This document shows positions 1 through 13,700 of a stretch of 64,000 bases of DNA, one piece after another (the first letter of the stretch is position 1; every line of letters begins with the position of its first letter). The notes beneath the pieces are model-generated. The model had not been told where the DNA came from and searched no databases. It saw only the letters and a list, made by a program, of their open reading frames with translations. The stretch is from assembly GCA_002811645.1 (NCBI GenBank), contig PDIP01000019.1, forward strand, positions 186,588 through 250,587, given 5' to 3'. The DNA is from Corallochytrium limacisporum Hawaii. Taxonomy: Eukaryota; Protista; Pluriformea. The translations under genes and the position numbers were made by a program.

Positions 1-466
1 TAAGGGAATGCATACCGCCCAAAGCTGGCTCGGTTCGATTGCGAAGGGGCCCAATTTGATTATCAGATTATATGATTTACACATCAATGATTTTATATTA
101 TTGATTATTATGTAAGGGGGTCTTCAATTTCGTTCGAAGGTGGTGGAAGAGATTCCAACCGTTCAGACTCTCTCAGCCAGGCGAGCTTTGGTAGTGAAAG
201 TACTACATTTCCACATGCTTGTTCTCGCTTGCACATACGGTTGCTCTGTGAATCTGTGAGTTCTTTCAGCTGGCTGTTGTTTCAATGTCGCTAACAGTGT
301 CACTGACATCGTTTTGAGACTACAAGAAAGAAGCATCCACCATCTGGGAAGTGTATGCTTGGTGAATCGGCTGTTGGATCGTGAATGTGATCCATCACCA
401 TGTTCACAGCAACAAAGGCTATTCAGAAGGTGATGAGAAGTATATAGAATTAGTCCACGATTATCC

Positions 467-1141
467 ATGATTGTATGGCGTGAAATCTCATCCATAGTGC
501 AATTGGTATTTAAGGGAGATCATTCCATTAGATTACCACAGTCGCCCGCCAAAGAAAATGAGAGGTTGCACGCGGCCAACAGAGATAGAGACCTCCGTGT
601 ATTGTTTGACTATTCTTCAGACGTTCAGAGGATTTCGGCATTCTGTGTGCCACAGAAAGATCTTCCCAGCAAACGTAGAGTTGCCACGACCGAACACAAG
701 GGTGACCAAATAGATCAATTTATTGGACGACATCCGGTCCGGTGTTCGCACATGGTAGATTGCAGTCTTTTTGGTAGGCCCCTGATATTTATTGATTCTA
801 GAACCGGTTTGGCACAATATCCCCTTCCTATCTTGGCCATGCTAGATAGAGAACTGTATAAGCATAAGGTTGCGAGAGAGCTGGACGAGCATGGAACCAT
901 ACCTCAGTTGGTTCAACTAAGGATGTTACATGTAAACTACCGCGGGGGAATGGCCATCATCACCCCCATCAGCACATCAAGACCAACCATCAACAACCAT
1001 CACAGTCAAACGCCTAAGGTGCGGGCGGATATCAGCTCCCCTGCGGATATACCATCGTCGATGAACTTGCTGTACTGGATGTGTACCGATAATGGTGACG
1101 CTCTATCCCCTTTTCCGGACTCAGGTTATAGAATCATGTAA
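467..1141 (+). CDS. Possible orphan protein (224 aa), may be spurious
   Basis: ATG-initiated 224-codon ORF not overlapping any recognisable gene; no motif recognised. Confidence 0.22.
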   Translation: MIVWREISSIVQLVFKGDHSIRLPQSPAKENERLHAANRDRDLRVLFDYSSDVQRISAFCVPQKDLPSKRRVATTEHKGDQIDQFIGRHPVRCSHMVDCSLFGRPLIFIDSRTGLAQYPLPILAMLDRELYKHKVARELDEHGTIPQLVQLRMLHVNYRGGMAIITPISTSRPTINNHHSQTPKVRADISSPADIPSSMNLLYWMCTDNGDALSPFPDSGYRIM

Positions 1142-2773
1142 CGAACTCCTGCGCACCGTTCGCCATGCTCCAAGAGTCTCAATCTGTGGCATCAGTTTGA
1201 CGGGGTGCCCGCGCCCGAAGGATCCGCGTTTGTCCTCCTTGAAGAAGAATTGGGTCCCAAATAGTAAAGGCACATTCAATTCCGCAGATTGGCCTGAATG
1301 TTTGCCTCTGCAACATTGCTGATTGCAAAAGTGGGATGGACACCGGCAGTGAACTCGTGCAACCGCAGCTAATCAATCCATTTGACACGTTCACGGTGCC
1401 TATTGGAGGGGCCCTTGAGCAGTTCTGTATTCCTTACTTCTTCTCCCTTCACCTCCTCTCCGGTTTCATACCTTCCAAAAGCAGGAATCTAGAAATTCTA
1501 TATTTCTAAACATTGCTGTTCGAACAGTAATGGCTTAGAAAAAGGATTAAAGGGGGGTCGTATTTCCATATTAGAACTACCTAGCTCTCCACTGCCGGAG
1601 GAAAAGAGCCGTGAGCCCCCGCACAACCCCTGGCCCTCCCCCTCTTTCCTTCCCCCCCCCCCTTTCTTTCTCTTTAATTCCTAGGCCAGTGTGAAACACT
1701 GGGGTCTACAGTCGGAGTCTATTTTTTATTCCACACCTTGTCCAGCACCACCTCTGAGTGGTGGCGGACCCACCCCCACACTCTCAGCCCCCCCTGTCTC
1801 TCATTAGATTGACTAGGATGTATGAGTCCTTTCGGCGAACATACTGAGCCAACCAAAACCACCGGCCCCTTCGCATCTGTTCCCCGGCACGCTTTCCGGC
1901 TTGGGTCGGGGTTTCTGGAGGACCAACCTCGGAAAATGGAAACCCCCATCCAACTCCCCCACACCGCTACTGCGAGTCTGCCGGCTTTCCTCTGGAGAAT
2001 GCGGCTTGTGTGATTGGTGGGTCAAAATAGTGTGATGAACTGGAGAGAATGTAACCGCTGCCTTTTCCGTGTGGAGAGCAGCAGTCTAAGCTGATTTCGA
2101 ACAATGGGCATGTTGGAGTGGGAAAGAAATCAAAACTTTGGTTCCCTCCTTTCCGTTGGATTGGGGGGATGAATCCGGCACATGTCTTTTCTCCCCCCCC
2201 CCCCATCGGGGGCATGGGGGACCAGGGGCGGGGGGCTCGGGAGGAAAAGTTGTGAGACTTTGGAGGGGAGGGAGACGCGTATGATTGACAATCAGTACTT
2301 GGGCCCCCAGTGATGATGGGTTCAGTATAGCGGAGTATTGGGAAAGGAAGGGGACGGCCTTTTGCCTACATACTAAATGATGTCATGAAAAATAGGGATA
2401 ACAGGCGAGGGGCGAAGATTGTGAAGAAGGGCAAGCGTGACTCAGCGGATGCTATGATAACTATGTATTTTTATATTTTCGGAACTATTACGATGCTATG
2501 CAGATGTACATGTGAAAAGATGCAGCAGCTCATCCACAGGATGTCTAGAGTATGTTGGAAGTGGTTCTCGTAAGATGCTATGTGCAGGATGTGCAGTCAA
2601 GCTAATAATCTAAGTGTCACCGGGAATCCACGTCCCGTGATCACAGGAGGTCAACTCCTTTCTTACAGAGCAACCTGGCTCGTTGTTCATGGACCATCGC
2701 CGGTGTTCTGATGATCCTGCTTCTGTGTTAGTGTTTTTGTGAAATGTTTTTGATACCCCTGTGATGAGGATAC

Positions 2774-3928
2774 TCACATCAATAAGCTCATCGCGGGATC
2801 AAACAGGCCAAGAGAGACGCCCTCATCAGCAACAGAGTCTGTGGTGACAAAGTAGTCCGTACCAGGGCGAGCAGTATGGAGCTGCCAGTCGCTGGTTAGA
2901 CTGGAATGTGTAGTTTCCGAGGCATCAGTGATGAACAGCTCATCGAGGTCGGTTTGCAAAGGTTCGTCCTCAATCATGGGGAACTCGTTGCCAATGAACT
3001 CGAGGGACTCCGGGCTGTTGATGCTGGACAGGGTAGGGCTGAACTCGGCAAAGTTGATCTCTGCGGTGCCCAGTGCACTGTCGGTCTTGTCCATCTCAAA
3101 GAAGTCAGTAAGGATGGGCATAGAGTCGGCGGTAGGCTCACTAACCGCTGCCTTAGCTTTGCGCTTTTGGGCGTTCGCCTTGGCCTTAGCCTTGGCGGTC
3201 TTGTCGGGCTTCTTGGCTGCTTGGGCCTTCTTCGCGTTGAGCATAGCCTTTTTCTTGGCAGCCGCTTCCTTGGCGGCCTTCTTCTTTGCGTTTTTAGCAG
3301 CAGCCTTCCTCTTGTCATCTCTGGAGGCCGCGGCAGCCTTCCGTTCTTCTGCTTTCTTGGCCTCCTCCTTATTCTGCTTACCGCGGCTAGAGTACGGATG
3401 GGCAGTGGGAGTCTCAAACTGCTTCAAGAATTCAACCAGACCCTCACCATTTTTGAGGTTACTGATGATGAAGCTCTCGTACTTGTCATCAACGGTCCAG
3501 AAACCACCCTTTCCAGAGGTGGAACCAGGCTTGGGGATCTTTGTGAAGTTCTTGTTGAGGGAGAGATTGTGGCGCACACTGTTCTGCCAACCCGAAGGGG
3601 TAGTGGCAAAGTAAGGGAACAACGCCTGAATCCAGCTGTAGATGTCAGCCAGAGTGCGCCTACGGCCTGTGTTGGTAACACAAGCCAAGCAGATCAGGCT
3701 AGCATAGGAGCAAGGAGGCTTCTTCTCACCATGAATGTAGTCACGGATGTCCTGGCTCTCCTCGTTCTGTGAGCTGGTGTTTTCGGAGGTCTTGGGAGCC
3801 TCTGCCGCGGTCGTGGTTTCCGAGGCGGGCTTGCTATTCTCAGAGACCGTTGTGGTGGTAGGGGTCTCGGTCTTCTCTGCGGTCGGAGTGACCTGAGTAG
3901 TAGTGGTGGTGTTCTGTTCTTCCGTCAT
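2774..3928 (-). CDS. Forkhead (winged-helix) transcription factor, FoxJ/FoxN-like group
   Basis: Forkhead domain at aa ~70-150: [13 protein letters not shown]...TLADIYSWI...FPYF...[17 protein letters not shown].PK...GKGGFWTVD. Followed by a Lys/Ala-rich region and an acidic C-terminal tail. Confidence 0.95.
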   Translation of the reverse strand: [384 protein letters not shown]

Positions 3929-4429
3929 TGTGAAAGGATCTATGTGTCTTCCGATAGTGGATCTAGGTAAGTAGTCAGGTACTCGAGCTGTGAATCTGTG
4001 GGTTGAACAAAGGTATACTGCTACCGAGTGTGCAACTGCTGTGTGGTCCGAAACTCTTGAGGGGATTTATCTTACGTGCCCCTGCACTTAGACTTTCACA
4101 GATCATCTGTTTCCATCGAAGACGCCGGGAATCACTCCTCCTGAATAGCTGATCAGGAAAACAAGAAGGGTCATTACCAATAGTACACAGCAATTGAAAT
4201 CGTTAGTTCGTCACACGTATTTTGAAAAGAACCAAGCACAAACTAGTTGTAAAAGACTCTTGCTCCGCCGAAGCCAACCGTCGAACTTTAGTCCACCAAT
4301 TACGGCCGCACTGTGAAATGCTGCTTCCGCTCCGGAATCCGCGGCGGATCGCCCCACAGATGGGAGGAGCGCATCACCGCAAGGTACCATGAGAGGGAGG
4401 ACCACATAAACCGCCACCCCTTTCTCTCA

Positions 4430-4790
4430 TGAAGCCGCATTCTATTGACTTCTGTTCCCCCTTCCTTCCTCTAATTCCTCACCCTTGGAATTCGTCCCCT
4501 CTCCTTCCCCCCCCCCTCTTTTCCCCGGGGTCTCTCCACCTTCCAAAGTCCCCTACCCCCCCCCTCCTTTTTTTCCCCCCTGCCTTCCCCCGCTCCCGGC
4601 ACCCAACACAGTGAGTGAGAATGTCCTTGTCTCTTTCTCCCCCGCACACACTGGTACCATTTTCCTTCTGTTTCGCTCAATTTCGTCCTCCTCCCCCCTC
4701 CCCCCTAATTTTTTTTTCGAACTCTTCTTCTTTTTTCATCATTCCCACTTCATCTCGCTTTTTTTTTCGACCCCACGGCGCACCAGTATG
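4430..4790. promoter_or_regulatory. Poly-C/pyrimidine-rich island upstream of the forkhead gene (putative promoter region)
   Basis: Multiple long C runs and T runs 0.5-0.85 kb upstream of the forkhead ATG; the same island type precedes most genes in the window. Confidence 0.4.
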
Positions 4791-7700
4791 TAGACAGTTT
4801 CCCATGTTTCCTTGAATGGAAACTGTCTCTTTTTGAGTCCCTCTTCCTTTCGATCCCTGTTTTCTCCCTCTCGGCATTTGAGTCATTTCCACACTATGGA
4901 GGACTCATGGAATCGCCCACTATATCGTGTTTTGGACTTTGCATAAACTGGAAGCATTCGGTAATCTTTCTCCTTCTGGCAAATCTGACGCATTCGAAGC
5001 TGCGGCCACATTTCCCTAATTTCTACCTCATCCCCAGACAAACATGTCTAATATGTATTCTACATGGCTGATGCCCTTGCCAGGTTCTAAACAGCGAAAC
5101 GTACGTGGCTATTGCAACCTGAAGATCACACGTTGGCATCAGTAGTATCACAATTTATCAGGAAAGGAGGGAGCTATCGTCCTCTTGACTACACTGTTCT
5201 CTAATATTTCGGAATGTAGTAAGTCTTGATACGAGTGGATGGGCCTTGCCGGGTGTCTCTCACGTTTATGTTTTTGACCACTCCAGACCGGATGTTGTCT
5301 TTGAGCAAAAATGGGCTTGTCAACGAGTCTTGTTTCGGTCTCCCTGTCGCTGTTGCTTCAATGGTTAATCCCCTCCATAGCTTCGTAGCTCTCGCTGTTT
5401 TTTTTTTTTGGTAGAACGCCTCTGTTTACTTTTTTTTTTCGTTCCCTCTTTTTTTTTTCCGACAGGTCTTGGGAATTGAGGTCATATCTACAGTGTACAC
5501 AGTTTTTTTTCTACCCCCCTCAAACTCTGTTCTTGCATTCAGGATTTCATAATTTCCCAACTGCATCCATGAATTACGTGCGAACTGGACAGAGTAGGGT
5601 TTAAAGCCGCAAGGGTCAGGTTTTGGGCGGAGCGGACCGCTCCTGTGGATGTCTATGCAGACGAATTTGAGGATAGATAAACTAAAATGCTCATTGTTAT
5701 GATCGGGCGCCAATACTGAGTTGTCTGCCATTCACTATATAGGAACGACCACACCGGCCATGCTATTGTCAGTACGATGCCATCCCGAGAAAGAGTGTGA
5801 GGGTGTCTCTCAATTAATCTGACGGCGCACGTTAGTCGCATTCTCTTGGATTTCTCTGTTTTGGAAACTGACCAAGCCGGCAACCTACACAGCGCACGTT
5901 CGTGACCTCTCGCCACCTGTCAAACTTTCTAAGAATAGTGACATATATCGGGTATGTGTTGTGGAGAAATTCGAGAATGGTACACATAAAAATTAACGCT
6001 GTGGCGTCTTTTGGTGTGTGAGAGAAATGGGCTTGAAAATAATGATCTCTCGGAGTGGACTGTGGAAGCACAATCTTGAACTTAGAAATGTAACCGCGCG
6101 AGATCAGTATACAGTGTGACCGAATGACTGAAAGAGTGAGCACAAGGTGGGGAAGGGCCCCTGCCACAAGTTTTTGAAAAAAAAATTCACACAGTCTATG
6201 ATTAAAGCGCAGTTGCTCACAGAATCTGTTTGCGAAACTGGCCGACTTGATTTCCGCACCGGTCATCGTCCATCACTCTGATTCACATGCTATAGATACA
6301 ATCTCAGGAGAACCAATTAAACACGCGGCAATACGCCTAACAGTGAAGACACCATGCAAAGGGGAAAGTGTTTTAATATGAAGACGATGAATCATAGCAG
6401 GCCACGAAGCAAAGGTACGAATGCTTCCGTTTGAAGCGATTATCAATGACCGAGATCTCATCCTGCGAACTGCGGGAGAAAAGCGAAGAAAGGAGAATCA
6501 CATACAGTCTCGTTTTGCACTTGGTTGCCTTAGAACATTGCTCACTAATTCCCCACTCTGGGCATGTATGGGAGTAAACCAACATTCAACCTTTGTATGT
6601 CACCGTTCGATATGCTTACGGAAAAGCTACAGAGAACGGCATTGTCGCGACTGAACGAACTCTGCTCTCTCGCTCTCCAACTCATTGTTCTCTGCCCATG
6701 TTTACAGTACCACTGTTCGTATTCATGGCTTACAGGAAATGGACGGAGCAACAGCCGCTGTCCTCATTCCACTGACGCACAAGTGACACATTCGTTAGTT
6801 CAGTGAGGAAGGGTTTGGTGAGGAAAAGTAGTTCCTTCCCAACGGAGAGTTGTCTTTCCGCCGTTGCTCCTGTGTGTCTGTGTTCCTATTCGTTGAAAGT
6901 CCTCTCCCGTACAGTGGTAAATCAGAAGAGACCCGATCCAACTATTGTTCCGCTAGATGAGAGCTCGTACAGTGGAACTTGTATGGATCTTGTTTAATGT
7001 TTATGACGTGGAAACCGGAATGAGGGATAGTGTGCATGGATGTGCTCGGTGTGGAGAGTCAAGTCATGGACAAAGTGCGACATCAGTAACCCGTCTCGAG
7101 AAGAACATGGCCTTGAGCACCTCATCATCGCGAGATTGTGATCTGCATTAGTTCTATACTGAAACAAAGCGCTCATTTTCAATTACCAGGTTAGTCGTGC
7201 GGTGTGACACAAGGATGATCCTGTACGGACGCTCTGGAGGGGGGGTGTGGATTGGGACAGCGTGAACGTCCAAGAGAGCGAGAAAAAAAATCGTCGGCAA
7301 CCCACAAGCATACTTTTTTTTTCAGACGCCAACTAAGAGTTGGGAACCTTCGATTCATGGGGGTTAAATATATAGCACTTTAGAACATTCTTAATTTGGT
7401 TCTATAACTTTATATTTTAATATACGTTATTTTTTGACGAAGTATATGCCTATTCTCATATATTTACAAACACACCTATCATGATTTTACACTGTTCCTG
7501 CTATCAGGAGAAGAGAGGTCGAAAAAAAATCGACGACGGAACGCATTCCCTTTTTTTTCTCCCCGACAGCTTGGGCCCTTCCCCCCTCCCTCCCCCTCCA
7601 TCCCCCAATTCACTTACCGCACACATTCCGTAGGCTCGCTTCTCTCAGACGGGACCACTCTGTGGGAAGTCCGGGCAATACAAAATATGTGGGCAGATGT

Positions 7701-10700
7701 GAAAGTTCTTTACGGCTTGGTCATCTCTAGTACACCGTTGTGAATATTTCGAACAACGTCAGGTTCTGCTGCGTGTGTTTGACGCACGTACAACATGTGG
7801 AGTCTAGTTGGAAACACGCAGATCATTTAAAGTGGGCGGAAACCTTATGCTCGGTCAACGTTGTCTCAATACCGACTTGTGTCCCTCGGGCATGATTGAC
7901 ACTTCCTGCCATGTCACGGTTTACATGCAGGCCCAGAAACGTTTGGGACATCAATCGAGGAGGTAAGCAGTCTGAAACGGGGTATTTTTTGAGATCGTCT
8001 AGAGCTGAACTTCTCTTTGCTCTCGTTCTTTTCTCGATGCCTAAGGATTTGCTGCGGTATACGTTTCTAAAATTTCGTTCTTGGTGTCGAGCAGCTCAGT
8101 TTGCAGCGTCGCACCATGTGTCCTGTCGTTTGATCCTTCGGGGGGGTTTGCTATCTATGCAGTCATAGAAATTGGAGGGCCTCTGAAACGGAGAGCCTGT
8201 TAGTATTTGAAGACAAGAAAGTTGAACGGTGATTGCAACAAGAAAGATACAAAGAGAAATGAAATGCTAATGCCGGCAGATTCGAGGGAGTGAAGCAAAC
8301 CTTCAGCAAAATAATGGGAGCTTTGGTGGACAACTCTTCATGTGCCCCCGGTTTACAATCGGGTAGAGCGATGGTCAGTGCTCATCGTTAACATGTGTGA
8401 GAGGGGCTGGTTCAGCGACCGCGTTTCATTGGCATCAGTGACCAAAATGACTGCGCTATAAAATCGATAGCTCACCCATACAAGCGCAACCCGGTGATGT
8501 GGCACACGGATAAGGGTTTCCGCAAGGCTCTCCGGACATGTCTTCAAGGGAAAGAGAGCGCTTGCTGTTTTGGCTGGAAGAATATTCAATAGAGTATACT
8601 ACGTAGATTGTTTCAGGGAGAGCGTTTCAATTTCTGTTCAGGCACCTGACTCCGCTACTATTTAAACCGTCCTCTTGGATTCTTCTCACGAAAGAAAAAA
8701 TTAGCTTTCGTCAACGTCTGTTGCCGTCCGGACTCATCTTCTTTAAGAGGGTCATTAACACGCTTCCGTGTCATCCTTGAGACGAGGAGTCAAAATACAT
8801 GCAACCGTAGTTCATATAGTACGCGCCTTGATTCTTTTCTTACAGACTCTTTCCAACACCTACGAAAGAAATTTGAACTCACTGACACGGTTGCGGAATA
8901 TAGAACGTGAGCTTGGTGACGAGTGCTCTGCGTACACAAGAGTCAGTTTACTGTATGGAATAACCAAAAGTTTATCACTGTTTGAGCAGAGTCAATATTC
9001 TTCCGTTTTTCTGTATACGGCAAACATACGCTCGTTTCCAAAATTTTGACTGGTGATCCATGAGCGTCCAGTATCTATTTCGGTTTTAGTTCTAAATTAT
9101 CTCTTTACAAAATGGTATAGCGCCCGTGCTGACTTCAGGGCCACGCCGTTTTTCTCAGACTCATTCACCACCAATCCATTGACCAGTCAAGCATACCTTA
9201 AGCATTATCAGGGCTATTTTTTCTTCACGCTGACCAAATTTCTTCATATTTCTAACTTTTCTAGTCGAGTTGTGCCCGCGGTTGCATTCACTCACACACC
9301 GCAAGCGGCATATTATAGGCCCACACACCACTAGCGTCTGAATCTAGATATAACCACGGGACAAACACATGGCGCAGTACTATTGCACGACTGGACGGAG
9401 GAACACGAGGAGGAGAGCCATCGCTCCAATAATATCTTTCCGCTGCCTCCTCGGAGTACAGAAAAAGTAGGAAGAGTAACTATGGAAGACATATGAGGCG
9501 ACGACATAAAATTTCTAAGTACCTCTCCTACAGACACAGGGAACTTTCAACACTAACTGACACATACGTGGCTTCAAACTGTCCACTTTTTCTGCAAGGT
9601 GACATTTCGTGCCCTCGATGAACAGATAGCAATACCTTTCGCCGACAGCGTGTGCATCGTTTGTAGGGAGATACAGCCCTAGCTCTTCAACTGGCACCCT
9701 ATTACACAGAGTACCGGTGTGAATATCACGGAGAGGACGTATGGCCAAAGAAGGGCATGAGTATGGAAAATTTTGAGAATCATGCAGAGCGTTTAGAAAG
9801 CAGAAGTGTGATGTACACTGCACATGATCGTGCTCCATTCACAGTCAATGATGAAAATCACGAGCTTTCGACTCCAACCCGTGCCGAACGAGAGAGGTCA
9901 AAATGTCGCAATTCGCCGCTTTGAGAGTGTGTCGTGGAGCTTCATTTTTGAGAATACTAGCCGTAACATTTTTTAGTGGGCCAATTCAATAGTGTATGAC
10001 CGGTCCGCTCAGAGGGGATGATCTGTACATCGTACGACCGCCGGCAAAAGTTTAACAATTTTTATCAATCATCGTCCTAACACTTTCGCACACACACCAT
10101 CTCTCACATCCGACGGTAACTACTAGCTCTCAGTGTTGCGCCTACACTTTTGTAATCTCTGCCACCAACTAGGTGCGTATCCTCCAGACCTCAAAGCCCT
10201 CTTAAGGCTCCGGTGTCACACCCTATGTGTGTCGATCATCGGACTCACTCTATGTACGGCCCTATCAGGAGATTTGAGTTGAGAAGGGTACGTGGAGGAA
10301 ATAAGAGGCAGCGATTTCGATAGAATCGGCAGGAACGGAGAAAATGGGGGACCCTCTGGTGTAAGGGTCGATCAGCTCTTCTTGCATGGTTTCTTGCCAA
10401 TTTTCACAAAATCTTCAGTACCACACTTCGGATGACAGTTGCCGCTTGTAAGCCAAAACACAAGAACAGATTGACAGGTAGAGAGTACATGTCAATTGCT
10501 TGTATACTATTGCTTGATCGGCGATCACAGCAAAATGCTATTGCCGCTGAAGGTGTAGTCAGTGTGTCATGCATGTGTTCACCAAATCACGAGTTTTAGC
10601 TGTGCCCCAGCTGTTGCACATTTGGTCTAGCTGGCCACTAGCTCAAGAGGTCGTCCCTTTCTCCGCGCCAGGAAAGGAGTTTCATTTTGAGAAGTTCTGT

Positions 10701-13700
10701 TCTAATAGTAGTTCTGTGCGTGTTGCTCTTTTTCTGCTCGGCTTCAGAAGCGGAGTTTTTTTCAGCACACAGTGAGTCGAGAAACATGTTCAACTCTCGA
10801 AATGGACAACGATTGCAACATTTCTAACCACTGCGAAGGATGAGATTTGATAATAAATGTATTACTATTTTCGATCATCTCATCTTCATCCGCACACCTA
10901 CTTGCTACACCGACAGCCATAGACAGAACCAACACGCACACACTGCTGCCAATCCTTCAATCACTTGACCATAGACGGATGGGCAAGGTGTGCTGTACAC
11001 ACGCAAGGACCAATCGAACAAAGAGACAGTCCGGAGTGCCTGGGCGCTCATGGAAGCTGCCGAATGGAAACGAAAGTTTCTGGGTTTGTGATGGAAGAAC
11101 ACAAGGGCGAAAGTGTAAGGCATGACAGACCATAGATCACTGCATCCAAGCAATGCTTCATAGTTTTGTCTGAATCATGAAACTATTGTAAATTGAGGGA
11201 GGGGAGGGGCTCGGTGGGAATGAACTCCATCCTTGTGCTTTGGGGAAAAGTTCAAAGATAGTGTGGTGGCAAAATCGCATGCTCAAAATATTGCACGATA
11301 ATTGAAAACTCCGAACTCTCTCGTTCTCCCTGTTGCAATTCTGCTGGAGTGATGTGGTCCTTGTTTCCTGCTCGACACTCCTCCCCGAACCCGTTCTAGG
11401 GCTGGTATAAAGACTCTGACAGCAGAGCGAGATAGAGGGGAAAAGGGGAGAAGGGGGGGGGGTCAAGCTTTTGACCCAAGCAAGCCCGTCCCTAGACAGG
11501 CCCATAATCACGGAAACCCGGAAAAAACTAGAGAAAGGCTTGTACTTTGTGTTGTACATTCAGTACTAAATTTACACCAAGGGGGTTTCCTAGGGTCCAC
11601 GGGGGTTTCATACTCTCTTCCGAGTTCAACGGAAAGTCTTGTGAACGGACGACAGAAGCGGATCAAATTGTGTGTGATAAGGACGGAAGGAGGAGACCGA
11701 GATACGCTAGAGGTCAGGGCTAAGTTTATGGAAGACTGCATCGTTGCAGACTTAGTTCGGACTAGCTTTGAACAGCGAACGTTGCAAAAAGCAGTTGGAA
11801 TTCAGCGAACGATGGATGAAACGAAGAAACAGAGAAGGTAAGAGCAATGAGGCGTCCGTACGCGAAACGCTTTTTTTTGCTACTCAACACGTTACACGCG
11901 TTTTTAATTCCTTGTGGTGAGAGCCAGAGGCCAAGCGGTTTCTCGGGGATCGTTTCAATAGTGAGCGCCCTGGAGATCTGAGCATTATCTTTAGGAAGAG
12001 GCACAGAGGTACACCATTGAAACATAAGGGGAGATAAACACCGGTCCCAGTAAACGAGAAATTTGCAAACGATCCATGCCCCCCCCTTTTTTTCGACCCG
12101 CCTACAGATTTTTTTCGCCTTCGCGTGGCCCGAGCTTGTGCGAGATATCTATAGTAAATGTACATAGTTGTTGCAATTGCAGTGCAAGGTCGAAAAAAAA
12201 AAGGTCTGGGGAATCTTTGCAGTTCCAAAAGAAGGTAGAGATAGCTTGGACGGAGGTCTCCATCTTGATAGACCCACTTTCTCTAAGTACTTTGAGCACC
12301 GGGGAAAGGGGTGCGTCGCCCCCTGTCTCCTTTGTCACTATTCGGAAGACTTATTAAAGCAAAACGGGAGCGGAATGACCAGGACTTACTGCGCAAACTA
12401 CTATGCATTCTCTATGTCACACATTTTGTAGACAGATTGCTTTCGTCATATGTTTTGCGCAATAAACTCAGTGACGGAAAATTATACTGCGGGAGATCAC
12501 GGACAAAGTACGTGAGGGGAGAACGAAAATCGAGGGCGCCAGGGAGGAGGAAGATAGGCCCCCGCAGTTCCGCAGTACATGGCTGACCGCAGTGGTTGGA
12601 AGGGGGAGATACGGGAACTCTGGTGCGGCGTGCTGCAGAAGGTATTGCAGGGGAACTTCAAAAATGCACGAAAGAAATAGCATGGAGAAAGGAAGGATCG
12701 ATCGGCAGGGAGCTTGTATCAAAATAGACTCCCCGCTCCGAAGAGTCCTGTGATGGTAGCCGGGTGGAGCTCTGTGTAATCGGTAGCTTGAGTACACTAC
12801 TGGAAATTTCACCGCGCTGTGGGATTGAATGTAAAGCTCCGATGGATTGTTGGCACAAGCCCGGTGTCGTCCTTTCCTGGGGGCTCTCGGATTGTGAGAG
12901 ACGTTCATAATTGCTGCGCAGACTGACCAAAAGCGTTCACGTCCCATTGTCGAAAGACCGACACGAACGCCGCTCCCAACCCTTCCGGCCAATCGATCTC
13001 TCCAGGTGCTACATGGCATCCTCGGCGAGAAGTTACATATGGCCTCTCGTTTACTCTGAGCATGTCAGATGCTTCGCCACCCCTTGCTTGTCTCGGTGTG
13101 TACTAGTTTGGACAACGTTGCTGCCTGTCCCCCTTCGTTTTCTATGCAGGCCTTGCTGTAAACAAAAGAGTATGGCGTCCAGTACTCTAGCCGATTGTTC
13201 GGCCCTTTTTGCGGGGCTTCTCAATATACCAACCGCACATGTGTGAATGACAAAAGCCAGTTTCCAATCCTATTCTAATCAATAGTATCAAAAGCTCTTT
13301 ATGGATTATAAAATTTTCTATGATTAAAAATCCGTTCTCGAATCCCACACCGTGTCCGGGACCTGTGCTTCGTGAGCAGCCACCGGTGTTTTGCCCAAGC
13401 CCCCGGGAGCAGTGGAGGGGGATGTGCGGCTGGATTGCTGTCGTGAAGAGTATGGGTGGGCACTGCTCTGTCTCCGTGTTGCGCACCAATCACAAAGTGT
13501 TTCGAGTCGCGAATGAGTGAAACACAGTTCGAAAGGTAGATCAAGCCAATCTGAAACCGGAATTCGAGGAGACCTAACGGATTTGGGGTTGGTGACCTGA
13601 CACAGGCAGGTCACAAGGTCTTCAGTTGGCAACAGGGCTTTTGAGAATATGTGAAGACGGGCCAACGACGAGCAACAACGCCCACAAAATTCAATGTTTT

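Noticed and set aside
20-50. GGTTCGATT B-box-like motif (also GGTTCGACCCC near 34911) suggesting a tRNA
   Set aside because: No T-stem pairing, acceptor stem or cloverleaf could be built.
2906-3772. Long plus-strand ORFs (288 aa and 228 aa) opposite the forkhead gene
   Set aside because: Antisense shadows of a biased, low-complexity coding sequence; the same applies to ORFs opposite KYNU, eIF3c, AFG3L2 and SGTA.
5423-13164. Forkhead sites TGTTTAC/GTAAACA at 5423, 6699 and 13158 as autoregulation
   Set aside because: Three 7-mers in 10 kb is close to chance expectation.
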